Assembly (NCBI GenBank): GCA_003221005.1
Contig: QHTZ01000066.1
Location: 806 to 64,805, forward strand
Length of the DNA stretch: 64,000 nt
Source of the DNA: Gemmatimonadota bacterium
Lineage (GTDB): Bacteria > Gemmatimonadota > Gemmatimonadetes > Gemmatimonadales > GWC2-71-9
Reading direction: 5' to 3'
Position numbers and translations under genes: made by a program. This document shows, one piece after another, positions 63,733-64,000 of this stretch; position 1 is the stretch's first letter; every line of letters begins with the position of its first letter. The notes below the pieces were generated by a model. It did not search any database. It was not told where the DNA came from and was given only the letters and a program-made list of their open reading frames with translations.

Positions 63733-64000
63733 GCGGGCGTGACGTGGCCCAGCACGCGCGGGCCCCGGGCGCCGGTCGCGCCGGGAAGATTCCCGGCCTC
63801 CCCGCGCAACGTCAGATAGCCCAGGAACGCGAACGCCAGCGCTTCCTTGGCCTCCCCGTCGAAGAACAGCTGGTCGAACGGCGTGATCGGGCGCGGCTGC
63901 ACCCGCGCCGCGAGCAGCTCGACGAGCGCCGGATTGCGCGCGCCGCCCCCCGAGATCACGAGCTCGTCCTCCGCGCCAGCCGGCGTAAACCGCTCGATGG
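63729..64000 (-). CDS. anmK: anhydro-N-acetylmuramic acid kinase, C-terminal part (gene runs off the window)
   Basis: The frame is open to the window edge. GGGARNPALVELL...EAKEALAFAFLGYL...LPGATGA matches the AnmK C-terminus. The stop overlaps the nagZ start. Confidence 0.7.
   Translation of the reverse strand, partial: IERFTPAGAEDELVISGGGARNPALVELLAARVQPRPITPFDQLFFDGEAKEALAFAFLGYLTLRGEAGNLPGATGARGPRVLGHVTPA

Overview
High-GC (roughly 68-70%) bacterial chromosomal segment, densely coding, with about 68 protein genes and one tRNA. No transposase, integrase or CRISPR array was seen. The gene content (GWxTD/TPR protein, MglA/MglB, many orphan FtsX/MacB-type permeases, BshB1, NrdJ) suggests Gemmatimonadota or a related lineage; this is inference only.

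Main blocks:
- 0.1-6 kb: comM, a methyltransferase, a GT9 glycosyltransferase, a thioredoxin-fold protein, csaA-like gene and ispG.
- 6-12 kb: lipoprotein, outer-membrane barrel, NtrY-like histidine kinase and a polytopic membrane protein.
- 12.6-22.5 kb: TolC, a MacA-like adaptor and four FtsX permeases with no ABC ATPase. The permease array is interrupted by a YqaA plus CDP-alcohol-transferase pair.
- 22.5-25.5 kb: bshB1, cysteine desulfurase and mnmA.
- 25.6-31.3 kb: small envelope and stress proteins, then tRNA-Asn.
- 31.6-41.6 kb: minus-strand housekeeping genes (dnaJ-grpE; hydrolase-cinA-pgsA-mglA-mglB-recR-ybaB-dnaX-JAMM protein).
- 41.6-47.4 kb: ltaE-yihY-ytxH-aldolase, an MBL hydrolase and pyk.
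- 47.7-52.3 kb: marR, two paralogous zinc-ribbon genes around a MOSC gene, and nrdJ.
- 52.4-62.3 kb: Ser/Thr-kinase, FHA, PP2C and FHA-protease signalling cluster.
- 62.3-64 kb: nagZ and partial anmK.

Most notable unexplained structure: a dispersed family of G-rich heptad repeats (GGGAAAC and GGGGACG types). They occur as inverted-repeat hairpins between genes. They also occur in frame inside three coding sequences (dnaX linker, grpE 3' end, nagZ), always read as the peptide GRGT.

Other observations:
- Three gene-integrity anomalies: an in-frame TAG with an ACG at the expected start position between two permeases, an in-frame TGA in a DUF2784 gene, and a probable frameshift joining a membrane protein to a histidine kinase.
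- A membrane JAMM protein with a 6 x 21-bp repeat.
- An MglA with an internal insertion.

The many long alternative-frame and antisense ORFs in the supplied track are treated as GC-driven shadow ORFs.
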